Below, in pieces: positions 51,601 to 63,600 of a stretch of 64,000 nucleotides of DNA. How positions within the stretch are numbered: position 1 is the first letter of the stretch; the number at the start of each line of letters is the position of its first letter. Source of the DNA: Eledone cirrhosa (taxonomy: Eukaryota); assembly GCA_964016885.1 (NCBI GenBank), contig OZ024741.1, positions 8,742,001-8,806,000 on the forward strand. The letters are read 5' to 3'. The translations under genes and the position numbers were made by a program. The notes below the pieces were generated by a model. That model ran no database searches, was not told the DNA's origin, and saw nothing but the letters and a program-made list of their open reading frames with translations.

Positions 51601-54600
51601 AGTATCTTTGTCTGTATATCAGTCTGTCTTCCAGCCACTCTGTCTGTATATTAGTCTGTCTTCCAGCAACTCTGTCTTCCAGCCACTCTCTCTTCCAGCC
51701 TCTCTGTCTTCCAGCCTCTCTGTATTCCAGCCTCTCTGTCTGTATATTAGTCTGTCTCCGAACCTCTCTGTCTTCCAGCCACTCTATCATCCGGCCACTC
51801 TGTCTTCCAGCCACACTGTCTGTATATCAGTCTGTCTTCCAGCCTCTCTGTCTGTATATCAGTCTGTCTTCCAGCCTCTCTGTCTTCCAGCCACTCTGTC
51901 TTTCAGCCACTCTGTCTTCCAGCCACTCTGTCTGTATATCAGTCTGTCTTCCAGCCACACTGTCTTCCAGCCACTCTGTCTTCCAGCCACTCTCTCTTCC
52001 AGCCTCTCTGTCTTCGAGCCACACTCTCTTCCAGCCTCTCTGTCTTCCAACCACTCTGTCTGTATATCAGTCTGTCTTCCAGCCTCTCTGTCTTCCAGCC
52101 TCTCTCTCTGTATATCAGTCTGTCTTCCAGCCTCTCTGTCTTCCAGCCTCTCTGTCTTCCAGCCATTCAGCCTTCCAGACTATCTGTCTTCCAGCCTCTC
52201 TGTCTTACAGCCACTGTGTCTGTATATCAGACTGTCTTCCAGCCTCTCTGTCTTCTAGCCATTCTGTCTTCCAGCCACTCTGTCTCTATATCAGTCTGTC
52301 TTCCAGCCACTCTGTCTGTATATCAGTCTGTCTTCTAGCCTCTCTGTCTTCTAGCCTCTCTCTCTGTATATCAGTCTGTCTTCCAGCCTCTCTGTCTTAC
52401 AGCCACTGTGTCTGTATATCAGACTGTCTTCCAGCCTCTCTGTCTTCCAGCCATTCTGTCTTCCAGCCACTCTGTCTCTATATCAGTATGTCTTCCAGCC
52501 ACTCTGTCTTCCAGCCTCTCTGTCTGTATATCAGTCTGTCTCCCAGCCTCTCTGTCTTCCAGTCACTCTGTGTTCCAGCCACTCTGTCTGTATATCAGTC
52601 TGTCTTCCAGCCACTCTGTCTTCCAGCCCCTCAGTCTTCCAGACTCTCTGTCTTCCACCCTCTCTGTCTTCCAGCCACTGTGTCTGTATATCAGACTGTC
52701 TTCCAGCCTCTCTGTATTCCAGCCACTCTGTCTTCCAGCCACTCTGTCCGTATATCAATATGTCTTCCAGCCACTCTGTCTTCCAGACACTCTGTCTGTA
52801 TATCAGTCTGTCTTCCAGCCTCTCTCTCTGTATATCACTCTGTCTTCCAGCCTCTCTGTCTTCCAGCCACTCTGTCTTCCAGCCACTCTGTCTTCCAGCC
52901 AGTCTGTCTTCCAGCCTCTCTGTCTTCCAGCCTCTCTGTCTTCCCGTCTCTCTGTCTTCCAGCCACTCTGTCTTCCAGCCTCTCTGTCTTCCAGCCACTC
53001 TGTCTTCCAGCCAGTCTGTCTTCCAGCCTCTCTGTTTTCCAGCCTCTCTGTCTTCCAGTCTCTCTGTCTTCCAGCCTCTCTGTCTTCCAGTCTCTCTGTC
53101 TTCCAGCCACTCTGTCTTCCAGCCAGTCTGTCTTCCATCCTCTCTCTCTGTATATCACTCTGTCTTCCAGCCTCTCTGTCTTCCAGCCACTCTGTCTTCC
53201 AGCCACTCTGTCTTCCAGCCAGTCTGTCTTCCAGCCTCTCTGTCTTCCAGCCTCTCTGTCTTCCAGTCTCTCTGTCTTCCAGCCACTCTGTCTTCCAGCC
53301 ACTCTGTCTTCCAGCCACTCTGTCTTCCAGCCAGTCTGTCTTCCAGCCTCTCTGTCTTCCAGCCTCTCTGTCTTCCAGTCTCTCTGTCTTCCAGCCTCTC
53401 TGTCTTCCAGTCTCTCTGTCTGTATATCAGTCTGTCTTCCAGCCAAAACAGTCTTCCAGTTTCTCTGTCTGTATATTAGTCTGTCTTCCAGCCTCACTGT
53501 CTTCCAGCCACTCTGGGTGCATAACAGTCTGTCTTCTAGCCACTCTGTCTTCCACCACACTGTCATCCAGGCACTCTCTCTTCCAGCCTCTCTGTCTTCC
53601 AGTATCTTTGTCTTCATATCAGTCTGTCTTCCAGCCACACTGTCTTCCAGTTTCTCTGTCTGTATATTAGTCTGTCTTCCAGACACTCTGTCTTCCAGCC
53701 ACTCTCTCTTCCAGCCTCTCCGTCTTCCAGCCTCTCTGTCTTCCAGCCTCTCTGTCTTTATATTAGTCTGTCTCCGAACCTCTCTGTCTTCCAGCCACTC
53801 TGTCTGTATATCAGTCTGTCTTCCAGCCTCTCTGTCTTCCAGGCACTCTGTCTTCCAGCCGCACTGTCTTTCAGCCTCTCTGTCTTCTAGCCACTCTCTC
53901 TTCCAGCCTCTCTGTCTTCCAGCCATTCTGTCTTCCAGCCACTCTGTCTGTATATCAGTCAGTCTTCCAGCCATTCTGTCTTCCAGCCAGTCTGTCTTCC
54001 AGCCTCTCTGTCTTCCAGCCTCTCTGTCTTCCAGCCTCTCTGTCTTCCAGCCACTCTGTCTGTATATTAGTCTGTCTTCCAGCAACTCTGTCTTCCAGCC
54101 ACTCTCTCTTCCAGCCTCTCTGTCTTCCAGCCTCTCTGTATTCCAGCCTCTCTGTCTGTATATTAGTCTGTCTCCGAACCTCTCTGTCTTCCAGCCACTC
54201 TATCATCCGGCCACTCTGTCTTCCAGCCACACTGTCTGTATATCAGTCTGTCTTCCAGCCTCTCTGTCTGTATATCAGTCTGTCTTCCAGCCTCTCTGTC
54301 TTCCAGCCACTCTGTCTTTCAGCCACTCTGTCTTCCAGCCACTCTGTCTGTATATCAGTCTGTCTTCCAGCCACACTGTCTTCCAGCCACTCTGTCTTCC
54401 AGCCACTCTCTCTTCCAGCCTCTCTGTCTTCGAGCCACTCTCTCTTCCAGCCTCTCTGTCTTCCAGCCTCTCTCTCTGTATATCAGTCTGTCTTCCAGCC
54501 TCTATGTCTTCCAGCCTCTCTGTCTTCCAGCCATTCAGCCTTCCAGACTATCTGTCTTCCAGCCTCTCTGTCTTACAGCCACTGTGTCTGTATATCAGAC

Positions 54601-57600
54601 TGTCTTCCAGCCTCTCTGTCTTCCAGCCATTCTGTCTTCCAGCCACTCTGTCTCTATATCAGTCTGTCTTCCAGCCACTCTGTCTGTATATCAGTCTGTC
54701 TTCTAGCCTCTCTGTCTTCCAGCCTCTCTCTCTGTATATAAGTCTGTCTTCCAGCCTCTCTGTCTTCCAGCCTCTCTGTCTTCCAGCCTCTCTGTCTTCC
54801 AGCCTCTCTGTCTTCCAGCCTCTCTGTCTTCCAGCCATTCAGCCTTCCAGACTATCTGTCTTCCAGCCTCTCTGTCTTACAGCCACTGTGTCTGTATATC
54901 AGACTGTCTTCCAGCCTCTCTGTCTTCCAGCCATTCTGTCTTCCAGCCACTCTGTCTCTATATCAGTCTGTCTTCCAGCCACTCTGTCTTCCAGACACTG
55001 TCTGTATATCAGTCTGTCTTCCAGCCTCTCTGTCTTCCAGCCACTCTGTCTTCCAGCCTCTCTGTCTTCCAGTCTCTCTGTCTGTATATCAGTCTGTCTT
55101 CCAGCCTCTCTGTCTTCCAGCCACTCTGTCTGTATATGTCTGTCTTCCAGCCACTCTGTCTGTATATCAATCTGTCTTCCAGTCTCTCTGTCTTCCAGCC
55201 AATCTATCTGTAAATCAGTCTGTCTTCCAGGCTCACTGTCTTCCAGCCAATCTGTCTGTATATCAGTCTGTCTGTATATCAGTCTGTCTTCCAGTCTCTC
55301 TGTCTGTATATCAGTCTGTATTCCAGCCTCTCTGTCTTCCAGCCACTCTGTCTTCCAGCCTCTCTCTCTGTATATCAGTCTGTATTCCAGCCTCTCTGTC
55401 TTCCAGCCTCTCTGTCTTCCAGCCATTCTGTCGGTATATCAGTCTGTCTTCCAGCCTCTCTGTCTTCCAGCCAATCTGTCTGTATACCAGTCTGTCTTCC
55501 AGCCTCTCTGTCTTCCAGCCTCTCTGTCTTCAAGCCTATCTGTCTTCAAGCCACTCTGTCGGTATATCAGTCTGTCTTCCAGCCTCTCTCTCTTCCAGCC
55601 TCTCTGTCTGTATATCAGTCTGTCTTCCAGGCTCTCTGTCTTCCAGCTAATCTGTCTTTATATCAGTCTGTCTGTATATCAGTCTGTCTTCCAGCCTCTC
55701 ACTCTTCCAGCCACTCTGTCTGTATATCAGTCTGTCTTCCAGCCTCTCTGTCTTCCACTCTCTCTGTCTGTATATCAGTCTGTATTCCAGTCTCTCTGTC
55801 TTCCAGCCACTCTGTCTTCCAGCCTCTCTGTCTGTATATCAGTCTGTATTCCAGCCTCTCTGTCTTCCAGCCTCTCTGTCTTCCAGCCACTCTGTCGGTA
55901 TATCAGTCTGTCTTCCAGCCTCTCTGTCTTCCAGCCAATCTGTCTATAAACCAGTCTGTCTTCCAGCCTGTCTGTCTTCCAGCCTCTCTGTCTTCTAGCC
56001 TATCTGTCTTCAAGCCACTCTGTCGGTATATCAGTCTATCTTCCAGCCTCTCTCTCTTCCAGCCTCTCTGTCTGTATATCAGTCTATCTTCCAGCCACTC
56101 TGTCTGTATATCAGTCTGTCTTCCAGCCACTCTGTCTTCCAGCCTCTCTGTCTTCTAGCCTCTCTGTCTTCAAGCCACTCTGTCTGTATATCAGTCTGTC
56201 TTACAGCCTCTCTGTCGTCCAGCCATTCTGTCTGTATATCAGTCTGTCTTCCAACATCTCTGTCTTCCAGTCTCTTTGTCTGTATATCAGTCTGTCTTCC
56301 AGCCTCTCTGTCTTCCAGCCACTCTGTCTGTATATGTCTGTCTTCCAGCCACTCTGTCTGTATATCAATCTGTCTTTCTTCAGCCTCTCTGTCTTCCAGC
56401 CAATCTATCTGTAAATCAGTCTGTCTTCCAACCTCTCTGTCTTCCAGCCACTCTCTCTTCCAGCCTCTCTGTCTTCCAGCCTCTCTGTATTCCAGCCTCT
56501 CTGTCTGTATATTAGTCTGTCTCCGAACCTCTCTGTCTTCCAGCCACTCTGTCATCCGGCCACTCTGTCTTCCAGCCACTCTGTCTGTATATCAGTCTGT
56601 CTTCCAGCCTCTCTGTCTGTATATCAGTCTGTCTTCCAGCCTCTCTGTCTTCCAGCCACTCTGTCTTTCAGCCACTCTGTCTTCCAGCCACTCTGTCTGT
56701 ATATCAGTCTGTCTTCTAGCCTCTCTCTCTTCCAGCCTCTCTCTCTGTATTTCAGACTGTCTTCCAGCCTCTCTCTCTTCCAGCCACTCTGTGTTCCAAC
56801 CACTCTGTCTGTATATAAGTCTGTCTTCCAGCCTCTCTGTCTTCCAGCCTCTCTGTCTTCCAGCCTCTCTGTCTTACAGCCACTGTGTCTGTATATCAGA
56901 CTGCCTTCCAGCCTCTCTGTCTTCCAGCCACTCTGTCTTCCAGCCACTCTGTCTTCCAGACACTGTCTGTATATTAGTCTGTCTTCCAGCCTCTCTGTCT
57001 TCCAGCCACTCTGTCTTCCAGCCTCTCTGTCTTCTAGTCTCTCTGTCTGTATATCAGTCTGTCTTCCAGCCAATCTGTGTTCCAGTTTCTCTGTCTGTAT
57101 ATTAGTCTGTCTTCCAGCCTCACTGTCTTCCAGCCACTCTGTCTTCCAGCCACATTGTCATCCAGCTACTCTGTCTTCCAGCCTCTCTGTCTTCCAGTCT
57201 CTTTGTCTGTATATCAGTCTGTCTTCCAGCCACTTTCTCTTCCAGCCCCTCTGTCTTCCAGCCACTCTGTCTTCCAGCCACGCTGTCTGTATATCAGTCT
57301 GTCTTCCAACCACTCTGTCTTCCAGCCACTCTGTCTGTATATCAGTCTGACTTCCAGCCACACTGTCTTCCAGCCACTCTGTCTTCCAGCCACTCTCTCT
57401 TCCAGCCTCTCTGTCTTGCAGCCACTCTGTCTGTATATCAGTCTGTCTTCTAGCCTCTCTGTCTTCCAGCCTCTCTGTCTGTATATCAGTCTGTCTTCCA
57501 GCCTCTCTGTCTTCCAGTAACTCTGTGTTCCAGCCACTCTGTCTGTATATCAGTCTGTCTTCCAGCCACTCTGTCTTCCAGCCACTCTGTCTTCCAGCCA

Positions 57601-57980
57601 CTCTGTCTTCCAGCCACCCTGTCCGTATATCAATATGTCTTCCAGCCACTCTGTCTTCCAGACACTCTGTCTGTATATCAGTCTGTCTTCCAGCCTCTCT
57701 CTCTGTATATCACTCTGTCTTCCAGCCTCTCTGTCTTCCAGCCACTCTCTCTTCCAGCCAGTCTGTCTTCCAGCCTCTCTGTCTTCCAGCCTCTCTGTCT
57801 TCCTGTCTCTCTGTCTTCCAGCCACTCTCTCTTCCAGCCTCTCTGTCTTCCAGCCACTCTGTCTTCCAGCCTCTCTGTCTTCCAGTCTCTCTGTCTGTAT
57901 ATCAGTCTGTCTTCCAGCCAAATCAGTCTTCCAGTTTCTCTGTCTGTATATTAGTCTGTCTTCCAGGCTCACTGTCTTCC
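42650..57980. repeat. Second copy of a ~16-18-kb duplication of ~24790-42050 (largest higher-order unit visible)
   Basis: Collinear ORF paralogues have offsets 17864 (24979/42843, 26306/44170), 18904 (26980/45884), 17975 (28373/46348), 18134 (30310/48444), 18150, 18166, 15738 (36670/52408), 16009 and 15929 (39770/55699 to 41596/57525). Confidence 0.85.
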
Positions 57981-60269
57981 AGCCACTCTGGGTGCATATC
58001 AGTCTGTCTTCCAGCCACTCTGTCTTCCAGTCGTTCTAGCTGTATATCAGTCTGTCTTCCAGCCACTCTGTCTTCCACCACACTGTCATCCAGGCACTCT
58101 GTCTTCCAGCCTCTCTGTCTTCCAGTATCTTTGTCTTCATATCAGTCTCTCTTCCAGCCACACTGTCTTCCAGTTTCTCTGTCTGTATATCAGTCTGTCT
58201 TCCAGCCTCTTTGTCTTCCAGCCACTCTGTCTGTATATTAGTCTGTCTTCCAGACACTCTGTCTTCCAGCCACTCTCTCTTCCAGCCTCTCTGTCTTCCA
58301 GCCTCTCTGTCTGTATATTAGTCTGTCTCCGAACCTCTCTGTCTTCCAGCCACTCTGTCTTCCAGCCACTCTGTCTGTATATCAGTCTGTCTTCCAGCCT
58401 CTCTGTCTGTCTATCAGTCTGTCTTCCAGCCTCTCTGTCTACAAGCCACTCTGTCTTCTAGCCTCTCTGTCTTCCAGCCTCTCTGTCTTCCAGCCACTCT
58501 GTCTTCCAGCCACTCTGTCTGTATATCAGTTTGTCTTCCAGTCCCTCTGTCTGTATATCAGACTGTCTTGCAGCCTCTCTGTCATCCAGCCACTCTGTCT
58601 TCCAGCCACTCTGTCTTCAAGCCAGTCGGTCATCCAGCCACTCTGTCTTCCAACCTCTCTGTCTTCCAGCCACTCTGTCTTCCAGCCTCTCTGTCTTCCA
58701 GCCAAACTGTCAGTATACCAGACTGTCTTCCAGGCTCTCTGTCTTCCAGCCTCTCTGTCTTCCAGCCACTCTGTCTTCCAGCCACGCTGTCTGTATATCA
58801 GTCTGTCTTCCAACCACTCTGTCTTCCAGCCACTCTGTCTGTATATCAGTCTGACTTCCAGCCACACTGTCTTCCAGCCACTCTGTCTTCCAGCCACTCT
58901 CTCTTCCAGCCTCTCTGTCTTGCAGCCACTCTGTCTGTATATCAGTCTGTCTTCTAGCCTCTCTGTCTTCCAGCCTCTCTGTCTGTATATCAGTCTGTCT
59001 TCCAGCCTCTCTGTCTTCCAGTAACTCTGTGTTCCAGCCACTCTGTCTGTATATCAGTCTGTCTTCCAGCCACTCTGTCTTCCAGCCACTCTGTCTTCCA
59101 GCCACTCTGTCTTCCAGCCACCCTGTCCGTATATCAATATGTCTTCCAGCCACTCTGTCTTCCAGACACTCTGTCTGTATATCAGTCTGTCTTCCAGCCT
59201 CTCTCTCTGTATATCACTCTGTCTTCCAGCCTCTCTGTCTTCCAGCCACTCTCTCTTCCAGCCAGTCTGTCTTCCAGCCTCTCTGTCTTCCAGCCTCTCT
59301 GTCTTCCTGTCTCTCTGTCTTCCAGCCACTCTCTCTTCCAGCCTCTCTGTCTTCCAGCCACTCTGTCTTCCAGCCTCTCTGTCTTCCAGTCTCTCTGTCT
59401 GTATATCAGTCTGTCTTCCAGCCAAATCAGTCTTCCAGTTTCTCTGTCTGTATATTAGTCTGTCTTCCAGGCTCACTGTCTTCCAGCCACTCTGGGTGCA
59501 TATCAGTCTGTCTTCCAGCCACTCTGTCTTCCAGTCGTTCTAGCTGTATATCAGTCTGTCTTCCAGCCACTCTGTCTTCCACCACACTGTCATCCAGGCA
59601 CTCTGTCTTCCAGCCTCTCTGTCTTCCAGTATCTTTGTCTTCATATCAGTCTCTCTTCCAGCCACACTGTCTTCCAGTTTCTCTGTCTGTATATCAGTCT
59701 GTCTTCCAGCCTCTTTGTCTTCCAGCCACTCTGTCTGTATATTAGTCTGTCTTCCAGACACTCTGTCTTCCAGCCACTCTCTCTTCCAGCCTCTCTGTCT
59801 TCCAGCCTCTCTGTCTGTATATTAGTCTGTCTCCGAACCTCTCTGTCTTCCAGCCACTCTGTCTTCCAGCCACTCTGTCTGTATATCAGTCTGTCTTCCA
59901 GCCTCTCTGTCTGTCTATCAGTCTGTCTTCCAGCCTCTCTGTCTACAAGCCACTCTGTCTTCTAGCCTCTCTGTCTTCCAGCCTCTCTGTCTTCCAGCCA
60001 CTCTGTCTTCCAGCCACTCTGTCTGTATATCAGTTTGTCTTCCAGTCCCTCTGTCTGTATATCAGACTGTCTTGCAGCCTCTCTGTCATCCAGCCACTCT
60101 GTCTTCCAGCCACTCTGTCTTCAAGCCAGTCGGTCATCCAGCCACTCTGTCTTCCAACCTCTCTGTCTTCCAGCCACTCTGTCTTCCAGCCTCTCTGTCT
60201 TCCAGCCAAACTGTCAGTATACCAGACTGTCTTCCAGGCTCTCTGTCTTCCAGCCTCTCTGTCTTCCAG
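57249..60269. repeat. 1,504-bp (94x16) apparently identical tandem duplication
   Basis: ORFs 57525/59029, 57635/59139 and 58036/59540 translate identically. The CCACGCTG marker (CG at 57281 and 58785) has offset 1504. The first flanking mismatches are at 57248/58752 and 58766/60270. Confidence 0.92.
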
Positions 60270-62574
60270 GCACTCTGTCTGTATATCAGTCTGTCTTCAG
60301 GCTGCTCTGTCTTCCAGCCACTCTGTCTTCCAGCCACTCTGTCTGTATATTATACTGTTTCTGAGCCTCTCTGTCTTCCAGCCACTCTGTCTTCTAGCCA
60401 CTCTGTCTGTATATCAGTCTGTCTTCTAGCCTCTCTGTCTTCCAGCCTCTCTGTCTGTATACCAGTCTGTCTTCCAGCCTCTCTGTCTTCCAGCCTCTCT
60501 GTCTTCCAGGCACTCAGTCTTCCAGACTCTCTGTCTTCCACCCTCTCTGTCTTCCAGCCACTGTGTCTGTATATCAGACTGTCTTCCAGCCTCTCTGTAT
60601 TCCAGCCACTCTGTCTTCCAGCCACTCTGTCCGTATATCAATATGTCTTCCAGCCACTCTGTCTTCCAGACACTCTGTCTGTATATTAGTCTGTCTTCCA
60701 GCCTCTCTCTCTGTATATCACTCTGTCTTCCAGCCTCTCTGTCTTCCAGCCACTCTGTCTTCCAGCCACTCTGTCTTCCAGCCAGTCTGTCTTCCAGCCT
60801 CTCTGTCTTCCAGCCTCTCTGTGTTCCAGTCTCTCTGTCTTCCAGCCAATCTGTCTTCCAGCCTCTCTGTCCTCCAGCCACTCTGTCTTCCAGCCTCTCT
60901 GTCTTCCAGTCTCTCTGTCTGTATATCAGTCTGTCTTCCAGCCAAATCAGTCTTCCAGTTTCTCTGTCTGTATATTAGTCTGTCTTCCAGCCTCACTGTC
61001 TTCCAGCCACTCTGGGTGTATATCAGTCTGTCTTCCAGCCACTCTGTCTTCCAGTCGTTCTAACTGTATATCAGTCTGTCTTCCAGCCACTCTGTCTTCC
61101 ACCACACTGTCATCCAGGCACTCTGTCTTCCAGCCTCTCTGTCTTCCAGTCTCTTTGTCTTCATATCAGTCTGTCTTCCAACCACTCTGTCTTCCACCAA
61201 ACTGTCATCCAGGCACTCTGTCTTCCAGCCTCTCTGTCTTCCAGTCTCTCTGTCTGTATATCAGTCTGTCTTCCGCCCTCTTTGTCTTCCAGCCAATCTG
61301 TCTGTATATTAGTCTGTCTTCCAGACACTCTGTCTTCCAGCCACTCTCTCTTCCAGCCTCTCTGTCTTCCAGCCTCTCTGTCTTCCAGCCTCTCTGTCTG
61401 TATATTAGTCTGTCTCCGAACCTCTCTGTCTTCCAGCCACTCTGTCTTCCAGCCACTCTGTCTTCCAGCCACTCTGTCTGTATATCAGTCTATCTTCCAG
61501 CCTCTCTGTCTTCCAGCCACTCTGTTATTCCAGCCACTCTGTCTGTATATCAGTCTGTCTTCCAGCCTCTCTGTCTACAAGCCACTCTGTCTTCCAGTCA
61601 CTCTGTCTGTATATCAGTCTGTCTTCCAGTCCCTCTGTCTGTATATCAGTCTGTCATCCAGCCACTCTGTCTTCCAGCCACTCTGTCTTCCAGCCTCTCT
61701 GTCTTCCACCCAATCTGTCTTCCAGCCACTCTGTCTGTATATCAGTCTGTCTTCCAGTCCCTCTGTCTGTATATCAGTCTGTCATCCAGCCACTCTGTCT
61801 TCCAGCAACTCTGTCTTCAAGCCAGTCTGTCATCCAGCCAATCTGTCTTCCAACCTCTCTGTCTTCCAGCCACTCTGTCTTCCAGCCTCTCTGTCTTCCA
61901 GCCACTCTGTCTTCCAACCTCTCTGTCTTCCAGCCACTCTGTCTTCCAGCCTCTCTGTCTTCCAGCCACACTGTCTGTATACCAGACTGTCTTCCAGGCT
62001 CTCTGTCCTCCAGCCTCTCTGTCTTCCAGGCACTCTGTCTGTATATCAGTCTGTCTTCAGACTTCTCTGTCTTCCAGCCACTCTGTCTGTATATCAGAGG
62101 GTTTTCCAGCCACTCTGTCTTCCAGCCTCTCTGTCTTCCAGCCACTCTGTCTTCCAGCCACTCTGTCTGTATATCAGTCTGTCTTTCAGCCACTCTGTCA
62201 TCCAGCCACTCTGTCATCCAGCCACTCTGTCTGTATATCAGTCTGTCTTCCAGCCTCTCTGTCTTCCAGCCTCTCTGTCTGTAAATTATTCTGTTTCTGA
62301 GCCTCTCTGTCTTCCAGCCTCTCTGTCTTCCAGCCACTCTGTCTGTATATCAGTCTGTCTTCTAGCCTCTCTGTCTTCCAGCCTCTCTGTCTGTATATTA
62401 GTCTGTCTTCCAGCCTCTCTGTCTTCCAGCCACTCTGTGTTCCAGCCACTCTGTCTGTATATCAGTCTATCTTCCAGCCTCTCTGTCTTCCAGCCTCTCT
62501 GTCTTCCAGCCTCTCTGTCTTCCAGCCAATCAGTCTTTCAGACTATCTGTCTTCCAACCACTCTGGCTTCCAGC

Positions 62575-63600
62575 CACTCTGTCTGTATATCAGTCTGACT
62601 TCCAGCCACACTGTCTTCCAGCCACTCTGTCTTCCAGCCACTCTCTCTTCCAGCCTCTCTGTCTTGCAGTCACTCTGTCTGTATATCAGTCTGTCTTCTA
62701 GCCTCTCTGTCTTCCAGCCTCTCTGTCTGTATCTCAGTCTGTCTTCCAGCCTCTCTGTCTTCCAGTAACTCTGTGTTCCAGCCACTCTGTCTGTATATCA
62801 GTCTGTCTTCCAGCCACACTGTCTTCCAGCCACTCTGTCTTCCAGCCACTCTGTCCGTATATCAATATGTCTTCCAGCCACTCTGTCTTCCAGACACTCT
62901 GCCTGTATATCAGTCTGTCTTCCAGCCTCTCTCTCTGTATATCACTCTGTCTTCCAGCCTCTCTGTCTTCCAGCCACTCTCTCTTCCAGCCAGTCTGTCT
63001 TCCAGCCTCTCTGTCTTCCAGCCTCTCTGTCTTCCTGTCTCTCTGTCTTCCAGCCACTCTATCTTCCAGCTTCTCTGTCTTCCAGCCACTCTGACTTCCA
63101 GCCTCTCTGTCTTCCAGTCTCTCTGTCTGTATATCAGTCTGTCTTCCAGCCAAATCACTCTTCCAGTTTCTCTGTCTGTATATTAGTCTGTCTTCCAGGC
63201 TCACTGTCTTCCAGCCACTCTGGGTGCATATCAGTCTGTCCTCCAGCCACTCTGTCTTCCAGTCGTTCTAGCTGTATATCAGTCTGTCTTCCAGCCACTC
63301 TGTCTTCCACCACACTGTCATCCAGGCACTCTGTCTTCCAGCCTCTCTGTCTTCCAGTATCTTTGTCTTCATATCAGTCTCTCCTCCAGCCACACTGTCT
63401 TCCAGTTTCTCTGTCTGTATATCAGTCTGTCTTCCAGCCTCTTTGTCTTCCAGCCACTCTGTCTGTATATTAGTCTGTCTTCCAGACACTCTGTCTTCCA
63501 GCCACTCTCTCTTCCAGCCTCTCTGTCTTCCAGCCTCTCTGTCTGTATATTAGTCTGTCTCCGAACCTCTCTGTCTTCCAGCCACTCTGTCTTCGAACCA
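62575..63600. repeat. Third, more diverged copy of the first ~1 kb of the 1,504-bp unit
   Basis: Shares CAGTCTGACTTCC, CCAGTAACTCTGTGTTCC, CTGGGTGCATATCAGT and GTCGTTCTAGCTG with 57340-58360. ORF 63268 is nearly identical to 58036 and 59540. Confidence 0.8.

Noticed and set aside
52835-54085. Minus-strand charged ORFs (WLEDREAGRQTDIQTE-type)
   Set aside because: These are the reverse-complement translation of the same satellite. Length is set only by the phase of the TGA in the C monomer (ACTGATATAC), and MAGRQ starts are GTG codons from monomer A. Any database hit to similar low-complexity hypothetical proteins would probably be the same artefact.
52488-55949. 1,153-aa + strand ORF and the many other long Ser/Leu/Cys-rich ORFs (e.g. 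41596-44088, 11322-13538)
   Set aside because: Monomers A, B and C contain no stop codon in any + frame, so all three frames are often open at once. Because 16 mod 3 = 1, the same peptides (SVFQPLCLPASLSSS, VYQSVF, LYISLS) rotate through all frames. Frame-shifting 14-, 15-, 17- and 19-bp monomers are tolerated throughout. Many listed starts are GTG/TTG. There is no domain or sign of codon-level constraint.
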